Positions 54,620 to 64,000 of a DNA stretch of 64,000 nt are shown here, piece by piece. Source of the DNA: Candidatus Omnitrophota bacterium (GTDB taxonomy: Bacteria; Omnitrophota; Gorgyraeia; Pluralincolimonadales; Pluralincolimonadaceae). The translations under genes and the position numbers were made by a program. Location: positions 132,472 through 196,471 of the forward strand of contig PLNR01000008.1 of NCBI GenBank assembly GCA_003141835.1. Reading direction: 5' to 3'. Each line of letters opens with the position of its first letter. Position 1 is the stretch's first letter. The notes below the pieces were generated by a model. It searched no databases. It was not told the origin of the DNA and worked only from the letters and a program-made list of their open reading frames with translations.

Positions 54620-55660
54620 TTACGCGATGGTTTTTTCTTTTATCTTTTTTTCCAGTTCGTGGAGGACTTTCGGGTTTTCCTTAAGGAAGGCCTTGGCGTT
54701 CTCCCTGCCCTGCCCTAATTTCTCGCCGTTGTAAATAAGCCACGAACCCGATTTCTCGATTAGCGCGAGACCCACAGCAAGGTCGATGATATCTCCGGTC
54801 CTTGAGATACCTTCGTTATAGATAATATCGAACTCGGCCTGGCGGAACGGCGCAGCGACCTTGTTCTTGACGACTTTGACCCTGACGTGGCTTCCGACAG
54901 ACTGGTCGTTGATCTTTATGTTCTCGATGCGCCTTATATCGAGCCTGACAGACGCGTAAAATTTCAGCGCGCGGCCGCCGGGCGTCGTTTCGGGATTGCC
55001 GAACATCACGCCTATCTTCTCGCGGATCTGGTTTATGAATATGACCGAGGTCTTGGATTTGCATATCGAGGACGTCAGTTTGCGCAGCGCCTGTGACATG
55101 AGCCTTGCCTGAAGCCCCATGTGCGAGTCGCCCATCTCGCCTTCGATCTCGGCGCGGGGAACTAACGCTGCGACCGAATCGATGACGACAACGTCGACAG
55201 CGCTAGACTTGACCAGCGTCTCGCAGATCTCGAGCGCCTGCTCTCCGGAATCCGGCTGGGATATCAAAAGATCATCGAGATTCACACCCAACTTCTTCGC
55301 GTATGTGGAATCGAACGCGTGTTCTGCGTCGATGAAAGCGGCGGTCCCGCCTTTCTTCTGCGCCTCGGCGATCACGCTCAATGAGAGCGTCGTCTTGCCG
55401 GATGATTCCGGGCCATATATCTCAACAACGCGGCCCCTGGGTATGCCGCCTACGCCTATCGCCAGGTCGAGTGAAAGAGCGCCTGTCGGGATAGATTCGA
55501 CGGCCACATGGGTCTCTTGCCCCAGCTTCATTATGGAACCCTTGCCAAACTGCTTCTCAATGTGCGCCAGCGCCAATTCGAGCGCCTTTGTGCGCTCTCC
55601 CTGCTCCTTCTGTGCCTCTTTTTCTTCCCTTTTTACTTCCTTCTCGTCCTTCTTTACCAT
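54620..55660 (-). CDS. recA: recombinase RecA
   Basis: 346 aa: ...[13 protein letters not shown]... with an N-terminal Lys/Glu-rich extension. Confidence 0.97.
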   Translation of the reverse strand: MVKKDEKEVKREEKEAQKEQGERTKALELALAHIEKQFGKGSIMKLGQETHVAVESIPTGALSLDLAIGVGGIPRGRVVEIYGPESSGKTTLSLSVIAEAQKKGGTAAFIDAEHAFDSTYAKKLGVNLDDLLISQPDSGEQALEICETLVKSSAVDVVVIDSVAALVPRAEIEGEMGDSHMGLQARLMSQALRKLTSSICKSKTSVIFINQIREKIGVMFGNPETTPGGRALKFYASVRLDIRRIENIKINDQSVGSHVRVKVVKNKVAAPFRQAEFDIIYNEGISRTGDIIDLAVGLALIEKSGSWLIYNGEKLGQGRENAKAFLKENPKVLHELEKKIKEKTIA

Positions 55661-55837
55661 ATCCTTCTCTCCTCTATGTTGAAATGCGGTTAAGGTATTT
55701 CGCCTATAGTAATAGACGAAGCCTTAGTGGATTTTCTTTCAAAAATCTTTAGGTTGGCCCCAAAATCTTGTATTTATTATACGATTACGGGGTTATTATG
55801 TAAAGTAAAATCGGGGGCGGGATTTGTCGTAACTTAA

Positions 55838-55878
55838 ACGGCGGCTACCAGATAAAATGATAGCCGCCGCCGTTAAAA
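55838..55878 (-). terminator. putative rho-independent terminator 3' of the 55890-59123 gene
   Basis: cggcggcta (55839-55847), a 13-nt loop, then tagccgccg (55861-55869). On the minus strand the stem is followed by uuuaaguu. Confidence 0.45.
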
Positions 55879-55889
55879 CCGTAAATCAG

Positions 55890-58800
55890 TTATTCCTTCT
55901 TCGCTGTCATCTCCTCTAGCTTGAGGCCTTTGAATTCTTTAGGCAGGACGAACTTTACCCCTTTGGGGGGTTTGGCGGTGCCGTAGATGAAATACTTAAT
56001 GGTATCGCCTTCTTTCTTTATCACGTAGCAGATCTTGCCGTATGGCGTAGGCAGGTCCTTGACCTCGATGCCCTGGTCAAACCATTCCGGGGCTAAACCT
56101 TCGCCGAGGATAAGCTTTCCGTTATCATCATAGACGAACATCGTCCTGACCGCGTCGATATAACCCGACCCGACCCATGTATGCGGCATATCGCCGATAT
56201 ACGACGGCGTGCGCGGCTTGGCGTATACGACCTCTGCCATATGGTTCCAGCCGTATGGTCTTACGGAATCTTTCGTAAAGTATCTTAACATAGCAAGGCC
56301 GCGCTCGCGCTCATCCATCCTGAAATAAGCGTTCGCCGAGCGGACCTCGTAAGGGGTGAAAGTCCTCTCGTGCCCGGGCTCCATGCCTTTGCTGAAATCG
56401 GCAAAATACCTGTCGAAAGTGTTCTTCAGCAGGTCCTTCGGCATATATTCCAGTTCTCCGGCCGCTACTATGGCGATGGCAGTCGAGGTCGAGTCAAAAT
56501 CACCCTTCTCTACGCATCCGGCGATATAATTAATCTTGTCGCGTTCTGCCACTTTCTTTATCGAATCATACAGGCACTTGCGGAAATCGTCAACTTCCTT
56601 CTGCATCCATTCCGCGCTTGCCGTATCTCCCATTATATTGGCGAGATAGACCCCGTCCTTGAAACCTTTCAGCGCGAAGAAGTCATCCCAGTAGCTCGTC
56701 TGCGCCGGGTAATATCCCTCGTGGCTGTTAGACTTGGGAAGTATCCCGTAATACGGCTGTTTCTTCGGGTCGGTCTTGAAATCGTTGCCCATGGTGCGGC
56801 GGCGGAGGCCGCGGGTGAATTCCAGGACTTTCACGACCTTCGGATATACCGTCGGCAGATATGCCTTGTCGCCGGAATAATCGACGTAGTTCCTGACCGC
56901 AAAGACATATTCGCCCTGCGCGTCCCATTCTACGCCTTCGCCGGAACCGTTATCGTTATTGCCTACGGCATTGCCCCCCTCGAAAATTATATACGGGACA
57001 AATCCGTTATCCGCGACTTTTGAGGAGAACGCGTCAAGCCATTCCTTTACCGGCTCAACGACGCCCACCTTCAGGAGCGCCGCGCTCGTCAAACAACCGT
57101 CGCGCATCCACGAATGGCTGTAATTGCGCGAGCCGGGTTTTATCCATGGCCCGTCCTTATTGATGAGGATGTATGCGATGTTGGTCTTCATGACATCGAT
57201 AAGGCGTTTTTCGGGAATATTGATCGTGAAACGGTTCTCATACCCGGCCCACATCGCCGCCTGCTTCGCAAGCTCGGTATCAAAATCCGCGATCGTCTCT
57301 CCGGCCGGGAATTGGATTATAAAATCCTTCGTTTCGCCGGGACCGGCTTTGAGCTCATAAGTAAGCCCCGCGGATGCCGTTCCCTCGCCGCTTTGCGCTA
57401 TCGCGGAATCAGGCAGTCCGCCTTTCTCCATGAAATCGATTATATCTCCTGAAGAGTATGGTACAGCGGCCATTTTCACGCCGGCTGTACCGGTGGATAA
57501 TTTGGCCTGGCCGTTTATCAGCAGTTTCGGCGGCGCGCATTCTACCTTATTTATCGGGCTGAAGCCTCCGTACTGCCATGTGGGATTCACCTGGACCGGC
57601 CTCACCGCGAGGTCGAACAACCCGTCGAACGGCTTGGTGCCGGTATTCTTGAACCTGTACCTGACTTCCATCGTAGACCCGCCTGGCGCTATCGCCGTAA
57701 TTTCCAGCGACCAATCGGAATGGTCCCATTTTACCGTCGGTATAGGCAGGTAATCCTCAAGAAGGCTCTGCGTGACTTTGCAGTCGTTAGCCGTGTAAAG
57801 TTTTTTTCCGTCATAGACGAAAGGCATGACAGAAAAAGCCCCTTTGTACGGCTCGAACGTGCCGGTCTCGCTTAACAGGCCCTCATCGTTAGAATCCGGC
57901 GCGCCGATGACTGTCCAGAACTCCTGTACCCTGCCAAGCCACATCGGGTAATAGCCCGGCGGGGATAGTTTCGCGAGCATCTGGTAGATCTTTATAGGCG
58001 TAGCCTGCTCTTCACCGCTCTTCGGCTCAAAACTTTTTAAAACGTATTCCTTCCCCGTCGCGGATGCAGGGCAGTTAACCCTGAATTCCCTGACAGGACC
58101 GGCCTTGAAATAGATCCAGTTATCTTTTGACGCATTCTTGTCAGTCTTGAATACTTCATTCCAGGCCTGCCCGTCAGCCGAGGCCTCAACGGTAAAGGAC
58201 TTGGGATAGTTCTCGCCCCATCTAAGGACGATACCGCCGAGGTTCATCTTCGCGGGTAATTTTATATCGGTCTGAGCGCCGTTCCTGGCCACTACCGGCG
58301 GTTTATCACCGTCGAGGAAATTCACTTCCCACAGGGAATTGCCCCAGCCTGTGCCGCGCTGGATGCAATTTATCTTGAGCGCGGTCGCCACAACCGGGTC
58401 AAAATAGATTATATCGGTATTGCCGTCGCCCTCGGCGGTCTCGTAGACCTTCTTCCAGTTGCCCGAGGCGTCCTTTACTTCTATATTATATATCTCGGTA
58501 AAAGCGTTCTCCCATTTAAGGATGACACCGCAAATGTTGTGGGGGGTGTCAAACTCTGCCTGCCACCACTGGTTGTCCTCGAATTTACTCGACCAGCGCG
58601 TCGCCATATTCCCGTCTATTGCCTTATCCGCGCTGTAATCGGTGTCGCCGGATGAGGCGGTCGCCTTAGCCTTTATCGGGTCCGGGGCGTTAAGCTCAAC
58701 CTCAAACAGTGAGAATCCCCATTTGGTCGCGCGCTTTATAAGCTCTAGCTTTACGTAACGGGCTTTGACCGGGGTGATCTTTATGGTCTCGGTCCCGCCG

Positions 58801-59123
58801 GAGGAGTTCTTCTTTTCATATACTTTTTTCCATGAGGCCTTGTCGTTGGAGATGAGGATATTATATTCGGAGGCATAGGCCGCTTCCCAGGTAAGCGTTA
58901 TCTTCTTTATCTCGGTCGGTTGGCCGAGATCAATGATCAACCATTGGTTATCTTCGAACTTGCTGGACCAGCGGGTAGACGGGTCGCCGTCTATGGCGGA
59001 CTGGGGATCTAAATTCTCTCCGCTTGAAGAAGCGGACGCTTTCCATTCCGCGGCTTGGGTGAACTGGCTGAAACAGGCAAATACCGTAAAAACAAGCATA
59101 AAACCGAGCTTTTTACCGCACAT
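55890..59123 (-). CDS. secreted protein with two N-terminal F5/8 type C (discoidin/CBM32-like) domains, a beta-sandwich and a C-terminal (alpha/alpha)6 glycoside-hydrolase-like domain
   Basis: Start assigned to the ATG at 59123, with a perfect GGAGG 4-5 nt upstream: MCGKKLGFMLVFTVFACFSQFTQA (signal peptide). Two repeats of ...TRWSSKFEDNQW...WG.SL.EV... follow. The ORF frame stays open 24 codons further upstream. Confidence 0.6.
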   Translation of the reverse strand: MCGKKLGFMLVFTVFACFSQFTQAAEWKASASSSGENLDPQSAIDGDPSTRWSSKFEDNQWLIIDLGQPTEIKKITLTWEAAYASEYNILISNDKASWKKVYEKKNSSGGTETIKITPVKARYVKLELIKRATKWGFSLFEVELNAPDPIKAKATASSGDTDYSADKAIDGNMATRWSSKFEDNQWWQAEFDTPHNICGVILKWENAFTEIYNIEVKDASGNWKKVYETAEGDGNTDIIYFDPVVATALKINCIQRGTGWGNSLWEVNFLDGDKPPVVARNGAQTDIKLPAKMNLGGIVLRWGENYPKSFTVEASADGQAWNEVFKTDKNASKDNWIYFKAGPVREFRVNCPASATGKEYVLKSFEPKSGEEQATPIKIYQMLAKLSPPGYYPMWLGRVQEFWTVIGAPDSNDEGLLSETGTFEPYKGAFSVMPFVYDGKKLYTANDCKVTQSLLEDYLPIPTVKWDHSDWSLEITAIAPGGSTMEVRYRFKNTGTKPFDGLFDLAVRPVQVNPTWQYGGFSPINKVECAPPKLLINGQAKLSTGTAGVKMAAVPYSSGDIIDFMEKGGLPDSAIAQSGEGTASAGLTYELKAGPGETKDFIIQFPAGETIADFDTELAKQAAMWAGYENRFTINIPEKRLIDVMKTNIAYILINKDGPWIKPGSRNYSHSWMRDGCLTSAALLKVGVVEPVKEWLDAFSSKVADNGFVPYIIFEGGNAVGNNDNGSGEGVEWDAQGEYVFAVRNYVDYSGDKAYLPTVYPKVVKVLEFTRGLRRRTMGNDFKTDPKKQPYYGILPKSNSHEGYYPAQTSYWDDFFALKGFKDGVYLANIMGDTASAEWMQKEVDDFRKCLYDSIKKVAERDKINYIAGCVEKGDFDSTSTAIAIVAAGELEYMPKDLLKNTFDRYFADFSKGMEPGHERTFTPYEVRSANAYFRMDERERGLAMLRYFTKDSVRPYGWNHMAEVVYAKPRTPSYIGDMPHTWVGSGYIDAVRTMFVYDDNGKLILGEGLAPEWFDQGIEVKDLPTPYGKICYVIKKEGDTIKYFIYGTAKPPKGVKFVLPKEFKGLKLEEMTAKKE

Positions 59124-59280
59124 CTTTCCTCCTAAGTTGTATCCCCCTTGAATGTTATACAATAATACCTGAACATATCTCCAAATGCAAGCCATTTTGT
59201 GTTATCATTACCCTATGGCAAGAATATTCCACGGGCTCCCCCCTTTTGATGACGGTTTCTTGGAAAAACGGGAGTGTTTC

Positions 59281-61095
59281 ATGCTCTTCGAGACGAGCCT
59301 GTTTGACGGCGAAAATTCGAATAGTTATATCCTCCTCGACCCGGTCGATACCATAAAGATATACAAATTCAGCGATGTCAGGAGCGCTTTCGAGCGCATA
59401 GAGCGGTATTCCAAGACGCATTTCCTGGCCGGATACTTCTCGTATGAACTGGGATATTGTTTCGAAGGGCCGTCTTTCAAAACAAAAGGCTCTTTTCCTC
59501 ATCCCTTGATCAATCTGCGCGTATTCAAAAATATAACGTCATTCAACCATGTCACGGGACGGCTGTCCCGTTCCATTCCCGGGCTTTTCGCCGTCGATGC
59601 GAAAGAGAACGATTTTCACGTCGATGACCCCAAGTTCAGCCTTACGAGGCCCGCCTATTTCCGGAAGGTCTCCCGGATAAAAAAACATATAGCGGATGGC
59701 GACACCTACCAGGTCAACTTTACCGGGAAATATACTTTCGGCTTCTCGGGCAGCGCCTTTTCTTTTTACCGCGGTCTTAAGGAAAAACAGAGCGTCCCGT
59801 ACGGCGCATTCTGCAAGATGGGCGGCGAACAGGTCCTCTCGCTCTCCCCCGAGCTCTTCTTCAGGAGGGGCGGCCGCGCCATCTATTCCAGGCCGATGAA
59901 AGGGACGATCGACAGGGGCGCAACTATCAACGAGGACGCCGGCAGGACATCGCAGCTGAAACGTGATGCCAAGGAGATCGCCGGGAATTTAATGATCGTA
60001 GACCTGATACGAAACGACCTCGGGAAGATATCAAAGACCGGAAGCGTCAAAGTCTCTTCGCTCTTCGACGTGGAAAAATACAATACCCTCTTCCAGATGA
60101 CCTCAACAGTAAAAAGCGCCTTAAAAGACGGCGTGACATATTTTGACATATTCAGGAGCCTCTTCCCCGGAGGGTCGGTCACCGGCGCACCCAAGATAAG
60201 GACGATGCAGATAATAAAGGAGCTCGAAAAAGACGACAGGAAGGTATATTGCGGCGCGCTCGGGATCATCTTTCCGGGCAAAAAGGCGGTCTTCAACCTT
60301 CCGATAAGGACGATATCGATATCGCGCGGCAAGGGCGAGATGGGGGTCGGCGGAGGGATAACAGTCGATTCTGACCCTGAGGAGGAATACCGGGAATGTG
60401 CCCTAAAGGCAAGGTTCCTCATTGAAAGGCGCAGGCCTTTCTCGCTCATCGAGACGATGTTATGGGACGGTAGATTCATGCGGCTCGGCAAGCATCTCGG
60501 CAGGATGCGCGACTCAGCGGAATATTTCGGTTTTGTCTTCGACCGCGCAAAGATATCCAAAAAACTGAAAAACGCCCAAAAAAGCTTTAAAAGAGATCTT
60601 TCATACAGGGTGCGTCTCTTGCTGGCCAGGGACGGCTCTGCCACCGTCGAGACCGCTGAGATCATACCGAGCCCGGAGAATGCCTTGGCACATGCCACAG
60701 TATCAAAATTCAGGACCTCTCCCGGCGACATCTTCCTCTATCACAAGACGACGAACAGGGAGCTATATGGCAGCGAATACGAACGCTACCGGACAAAAGG
60801 ATATTTTGACGTCATATTCCTTAACACAAAAGGCGAAGTGGCAGAGGGCGCCATAACTAACATAGTGATAAAGAAAAACGGGAGGTTTTACACGCCCCCT
60901 CTCTCTTCGGGCCTTCTGCCCGGCGTATTCAGGGCCCGCCTCTTAAAAAGCGGCCGCGTAAAAGAAAAGAAAATATTTTTAAAGGACCTCCGGAAGGCGG
61001 ACAAGATATTCCTCTGCAATTCGGTCCGCGGGCTCGTTGAAGTCAAATTGACTTCTCCTCGCCCATCCCCTATAATAGACGATAATGAAAGCTGA
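59281..61095 (+). CDS. pabB: aminodeoxychorismate synthase component I fused to an aminodeoxychorismate lyase-like (class IV aminotransferase fold) domain
   Basis: Chorismate-binding core (...NLMIVDLIRNDLGKI...GGSVTGAPKIRTMQIIKELE...) plus a C-terminal ~250-aa PabC/DAAT-like domain (...IETMLWDG...). Start ambiguous between 59185, 59215 and 59281 (chosen: GGGAG SD 9 nt upstream). Confidence 0.8.
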   Translation: MLFETSLFDGENSNSYILLDPVDTIKIYKFSDVRSAFERIERYSKTHFLAGYFSYELGYCFEGPSFKTKGSFPHPLINLRVFKNITSFNHVTGRLSRSIPGLFAVDAKENDFHVDDPKFSLTRPAYFRKVSRIKKHIADGDTYQVNFTGKYTFGFSGSAFSFYRGLKEKQSVPYGAFCKMGGEQVLSLSPELFFRRGGRAIYSRPMKGTIDRGATINEDAGRTSQLKRDAKEIAGNLMIVDLIRNDLGKISKTGSVKVSSLFDVEKYNTLFQMTSTVKSALKDGVTYFDIFRSLFPGGSVTGAPKIRTMQIIKELEKDDRKVYCGALGIIFPGKKAVFNLPIRTISISRGKGEMGVGGGITVDSDPEEEYRECALKARFLIERRRPFSLIETMLWDGRFMRLGKHLGRMRDSAEYFGFVFDRAKISKKLKNAQKSFKRDLSYRVRLLLARDGSATVETAEIIPSPENALAHATVSKFRTSPGDIFLYHKTTNRELYGSEYERYRTKGYFDVIFLNTKGEVAEGAITNIVIKKNGRFYTPPLSSGLLPGVFRARLLKSGRVKEKKIFLKDLRKADKIFLCNSVRGLVEVKLTSPRPSPIIDDNES

Positions 61096-62317
61096 AATAA
61101 TCTCCATAGGCACCGAGATCCTCCTCGGACAGATACTTAATACTAACCAGCAATGGTTATCCCTGAAGCTGGCAGAGCTCGGGGTCGACGTCTATTACCA
61201 GTCAACGGTCGGAGATAATCCCGGCAGGCTGGCCCGCGCGATAAGGCAAGGGCTCCTCCGGTCCGATATCGTGATAACTACCGGCGGGCTCGGCCCGACC
61301 GTCGATGATATCACCCTCGAAGCAATATCGATCGCCCTCTCAAAAAAACTCGTCTATGATAAAAAAACAGCCTCCAAGATAAAAGCGCATTTCGGGAAGC
61401 AGTGCCTTAATATGCCTGCAGGCAACCTCAGGCAAGCGCATATACCCGAGGGCGGTAAAGTCCTCGAGAATGATGCCGGCACGGCGCCGGGATTCATCGT
61501 CGAGCAGTCTGGAAAAATGCTGATAGCCCTGCCCGGGCCGCCGCGTGAATTAAACCCGATGTTCGAAAAATACGCGATGCCTTATCTTAAAAAGAAAGCC
61601 GGACCTGGCCGGGTGATAAAGATCCGCACGATAAACATAACAGGCCTGCCTGAATCAGCCGTAGACCTGAAAGTAAAAGACTTGCTGGAAAGCCCTCCGC
61701 CTGTTACCGTCGGCATCTACTCGAAACCGGCCCTGATAGAATTAAAGATAACGGCGAAAGCGAAGGATGAAAAAACCGCTAATGCCATGATAGGCAGGAT
61801 CGACAGGAATATAACGTCCCGGCTTAATAATTTCATATTCGGCCGGGATAACGAAACTCTCGAGGGAGCCGTAGGAAAGTTGCTGGCCGCCAAGCGCAAG
61901 ACCCTTGCCATAGCAGAATCCTGCACCGGCGGCCGTATCGCAGACAGGATCACGAACGTCCCGGGCAGTTCGAGATATTTCAGGATGGGGATGGTCGTTT
62001 ACTCGAATGACTCGAAGACATCCCAACTGTGCGTCTCATCGGCAACAATTGATAAATACGGGGCTGTAAGCCGCCAGACGGCCCTGGAGATGGCAAAAAA
62101 TATCAGGGATATCTCAGCGGCGGATATCGGCCTTTCGGTGACAGGCATCGCCGGGCCCGGCGGTAGTACGAAAACAAAGCCGGTCGGGCTCGTGTATATA
62201 GCCCTCGCCATGCCGGGAAAAACTATCTGGAAAGAATTTCATTTCAGGGGCGAGCGCGAAGTGATCAAATTCAGGAGTTCCCAGGCGGCGTTGGACCTTC
62301 TCAGAAGATCTCTCTAG
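61085..62317 (+). CDS. cinA: CinA-family protein (MocF-like N-domain plus CinA/PncC nicotinamide-nucleotide amidohydrolase C-domain)
   Basis: 410 aa: MKAEIISIGTEILLGQILNTN...TTGGLGPTVDD.... It overlaps pabBC by 11 nt. Confidence 0.88.
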   Translation: MKAEIISIGTEILLGQILNTNQQWLSLKLAELGVDVYYQSTVGDNPGRLARAIRQGLLRSDIVITTGGLGPTVDDITLEAISIALSKKLVYDKKTASKIKAHFGKQCLNMPAGNLRQAHIPEGGKVLENDAGTAPGFIVEQSGKMLIALPGPPRELNPMFEKYAMPYLKKKAGPGRVIKIRTINITGLPESAVDLKVKDLLESPPPVTVGIYSKPALIELKITAKAKDEKTANAMIGRIDRNITSRLNNFIFGRDNETLEGAVGKLLAAKRKTLAIAESCTGGRIADRITNVPGSSRYFRMGMVVYSNDSKTSQLCVSSATIDKYGAVSRQTALEMAKNIRDISAADIGLSVTGIAGPGGSTKTKPVGLVYIALAMPGKTIWKEFHFRGEREVIKFRSSQAALDLLRRSL

Positions 62318-63818
62318 GATCCTTCTTCCCTATGTCCTTAACCAGGCAGACCTGGTCCTTGCCGTGCTGCTTAGCCCAGTATAACGCCTCATCCGCCTTT
62401 TTGAACAATTGCTGCTGCGTAGTGCCGTCGTCCGGATAGACGGCAATGCCCATGCTTACGGTAAAAGAGAGTGATTTCCCGTCGGTCTTCACTTCCTTGG
62501 CCTTGACCGCATCCCTCAGCCTCTTGGCTACGCCGAGCGCGGTCGACGCGTCTGCGCCGGCAAGCAGGAGCACGAATTCGTCCCCGCCGTACCTTCCTAT
62601 AGCGTCGAGAGGCCTGCCTTTTACGTCGAAGCTGCGGATATGCTGGTTCAATATGCCGGCCAGCGAGACTATGATCTCGTCACCGGCCTGGTGGCCGTAG
62701 ACGTCGTTATACCTCTTGAACCCGTCGATGTCGATTATCGTAAGCGAGAACTTCTCTTTCATCCTCGCCGCCCTCTTGACCTCTTCATCCAGCCGCGTCA
62801 GGAGGAAATTATGGACGTAGAGGCCGGTCAGGCTGTCGCGGATGGAAAGTTCTTTCACCTCTTCGTATAATCTCGCCTTCTCTATCGTGATCGCCGCCTG
62901 GTTCGCGAGGATATCGATGCTCTCCCTGTCATCTTTCGTTATGGGCTGCTGGCTGAAGACATTATCGACTACGAGCACGCCTATCTTGGCGTTCTTTACC
63001 ATCAACGGCACGTAAAGGAACATGCTCTCCGTCCTTTGCGCCGCCGGGACCCCTTCCTCGAATAAGCTGTCGACTATCGTGTTGACGCCTTTCTCTATCC
63101 TGTACTGTTCCATCTCTATGGGCCTGGTGACTTTCCTGATATCCGCGCTCGCGACCCCTTTCAGTATTTTCTTATCCTTATCTATCAGGTAGAGCTTCGC
63201 CCTGTCAAAATGCAACACCTCGATCGCGCTCTTCAGGATGACGGAAAGGACATGGCTTAATTCCAGGCTGCTGGCCATGGCCTCGCTTATCTTTGAGAGG
63301 GCTAAAAGCATCCCTATCTTCTGGAGGTTCGCGTGAAATACTTTTACATGCCTTATCCCCCTGCTGAATTCCCTGGCGTAATCGCCCAGCATATCTTTTT
63401 CTTCCGGCGTTATCTTCTTCTTGCTGGCCAGCTTATCCGCCATGAGGACCCCCAGCTTGTCATCCGCGGTATGCAGCGGAAGGCATATCTGCAGGCCTTC
63501 GTCCCATACCAAGGAAGCGTCTTTCCCGAGGAATACGTCGACCAGCGGCCCTCCGCCGGCCTCTTTGACCGGTATCCTGCTCTCGCCGGCTATTATCCCC
63601 TTTCCCTTCATCCTGGCCTGGTAGCATTCAAGCGAGTTGCTCGCCTCCTCGTATAAGAATATATAGACGGCGTCGAAATCGATATCGCCGAGGATGGACT
63701 TAAGGCCGGCCTTGAGGGTCTCGTCGAGCCCGGTTTCAAGCTGGAAGAAAGCCCTTACAGCTTCCTGCAGGACCTTCAGGTGATCCTGTAACCTTTCCCT
63801 GCCGATATTTTCTTCCAC
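62301..63818 (-). CDS. GAF-domain-containing diguanylate cyclase (GGDEF)
   Basis: 505 aa with two GAF-like regions and a C-terminal GGDEF domain (...RDSLTGLYVHNFL...RYGGDEFVLLL...). Its 3' end overlaps the cinA 3' end convergently by 17 nt. Confidence 0.85.
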   Translation of the reverse strand: MEENIGRERLQDHLKVLQEAVRAFFQLETGLDETLKAGLKSILGDIDFDAVYIFLYEEASNSLECYQARMKGKGIIAGESRIPVKEAGGGPLVDVFLGKDASLVWDEGLQICLPLHTADDKLGVLMADKLASKKKITPEEKDMLGDYAREFSRGIRHVKVFHANLQKIGMLLALSKISEAMASSLELSHVLSVILKSAIEVLHFDRAKLYLIDKDKKILKGVASADIRKVTRPIEMEQYRIEKGVNTIVDSLFEEGVPAAQRTESMFLYVPLMVKNAKIGVLVVDNVFSQQPITKDDRESIDILANQAAITIEKARLYEEVKELSIRDSLTGLYVHNFLLTRLDEEVKRAARMKEKFSLTIIDIDGFKRYNDVYGHQAGDEIIVSLAGILNQHIRSFDVKGRPLDAIGRYGGDEFVLLLAGADASTALGVAKRLRDAVKAKEVKTDGKSLSFTVSMGIAVYPDDGTTQQQLFKKADEALYWAKQHGKDQVCLVKDIGKKDPREIF

Positions 63819-63827
63819 AGCGCCTTT

Positions 63828-64000
63828 CTTATAACGATAAAATGTAATTTACCTGTGCGGCGGACCTGCGCGCCTCGGAGGCCAGGTACCTGTCGTCATA
63901 CTTCCGGGTCTTTACCGCCTCGATGAGGTTCCCGAAAAACTCGGCTATTATGAATTCGACCCCGCCCCAGAAATCTATCTGCCTGTAGCTCCTGCCGTAT
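63828..64000 (-). CDS. hypothetical protein, C-terminal fragment (5' end outside the window)
   Basis: Open minus-strand frame ...YGRSYRQIDFWGGVEFIIAEFFGNLIEAVKTRKYDDRYLASEARRSAAQVNYILSL*. It stops 10 nt upstream of the GGDEF gene start. Confidence 0.4.

Noticed and set aside
55661-55800. LexA/SOS box upstream of recA
   Set aside because: No CTGT-N8-ACAG, GAAC-N4-GTTC or similar palindrome was recognisable. The lineage-specific operator may differ, so the absence is not informative.

Overview
A 64-kb, moderately GC-rich bacterial chromosomal segment with extreme coding density. About 60 genes lie on the minus strand, many with overlapping stop and start codons (ATGA, TAATG, TAGATG). Only pabB-pabC and cinA are on the plus strand. 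Minus-strand content from high to low coordinate: an unknown partial gene, a GAF-GGDEF cyclase, a secreted discoidin-domain glycosidase-like protein, recA-htrA-recX-alaS, a contiguous hisDBHAFI-trpEGDCF super-cluster, a pilZ-htpX-dinG-like helicase-CHASE2/PP2C insertion, then trpBA with its own promoter followed by manC-ruvX-M16 peptidase-PMM-lepA-lepB-pgsA-plsY-gpsA, tRNA-Pro(GGG), a threonine cluster (hom-thrC-PGM-like-lysC) followed by cimA-valS-nadC-crcB-DUF190, two further secreted glycosidase-like genes flanking uvrB, birA-coaX, a groES-groEL-groES operon with a consensus sigma70 promoter and CIRCE operator, and a CBS-less IMPDH-family gene followed by guaA. No CRISPR arrays, transposases, integrases or rRNA genes were seen. 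The main unexplained signal is a ~320-nt GC-rich, strongly self-complementary intergenic element between the groES terminator and the IMPDH promoter. Other notable points: a duplicated groES flanking groEL, a cofactor-independent PGM-like gene sitting where thrB would be, an apparent AUC start codon for the mannose-1-phosphate guanylyltransferase, a trp operon split by signalling and repair genes, a tiny signal-peptide-like ORF, and three paralogous secreted F5/8-type-C glycosidase-like proteins embedded in housekeeping operons.
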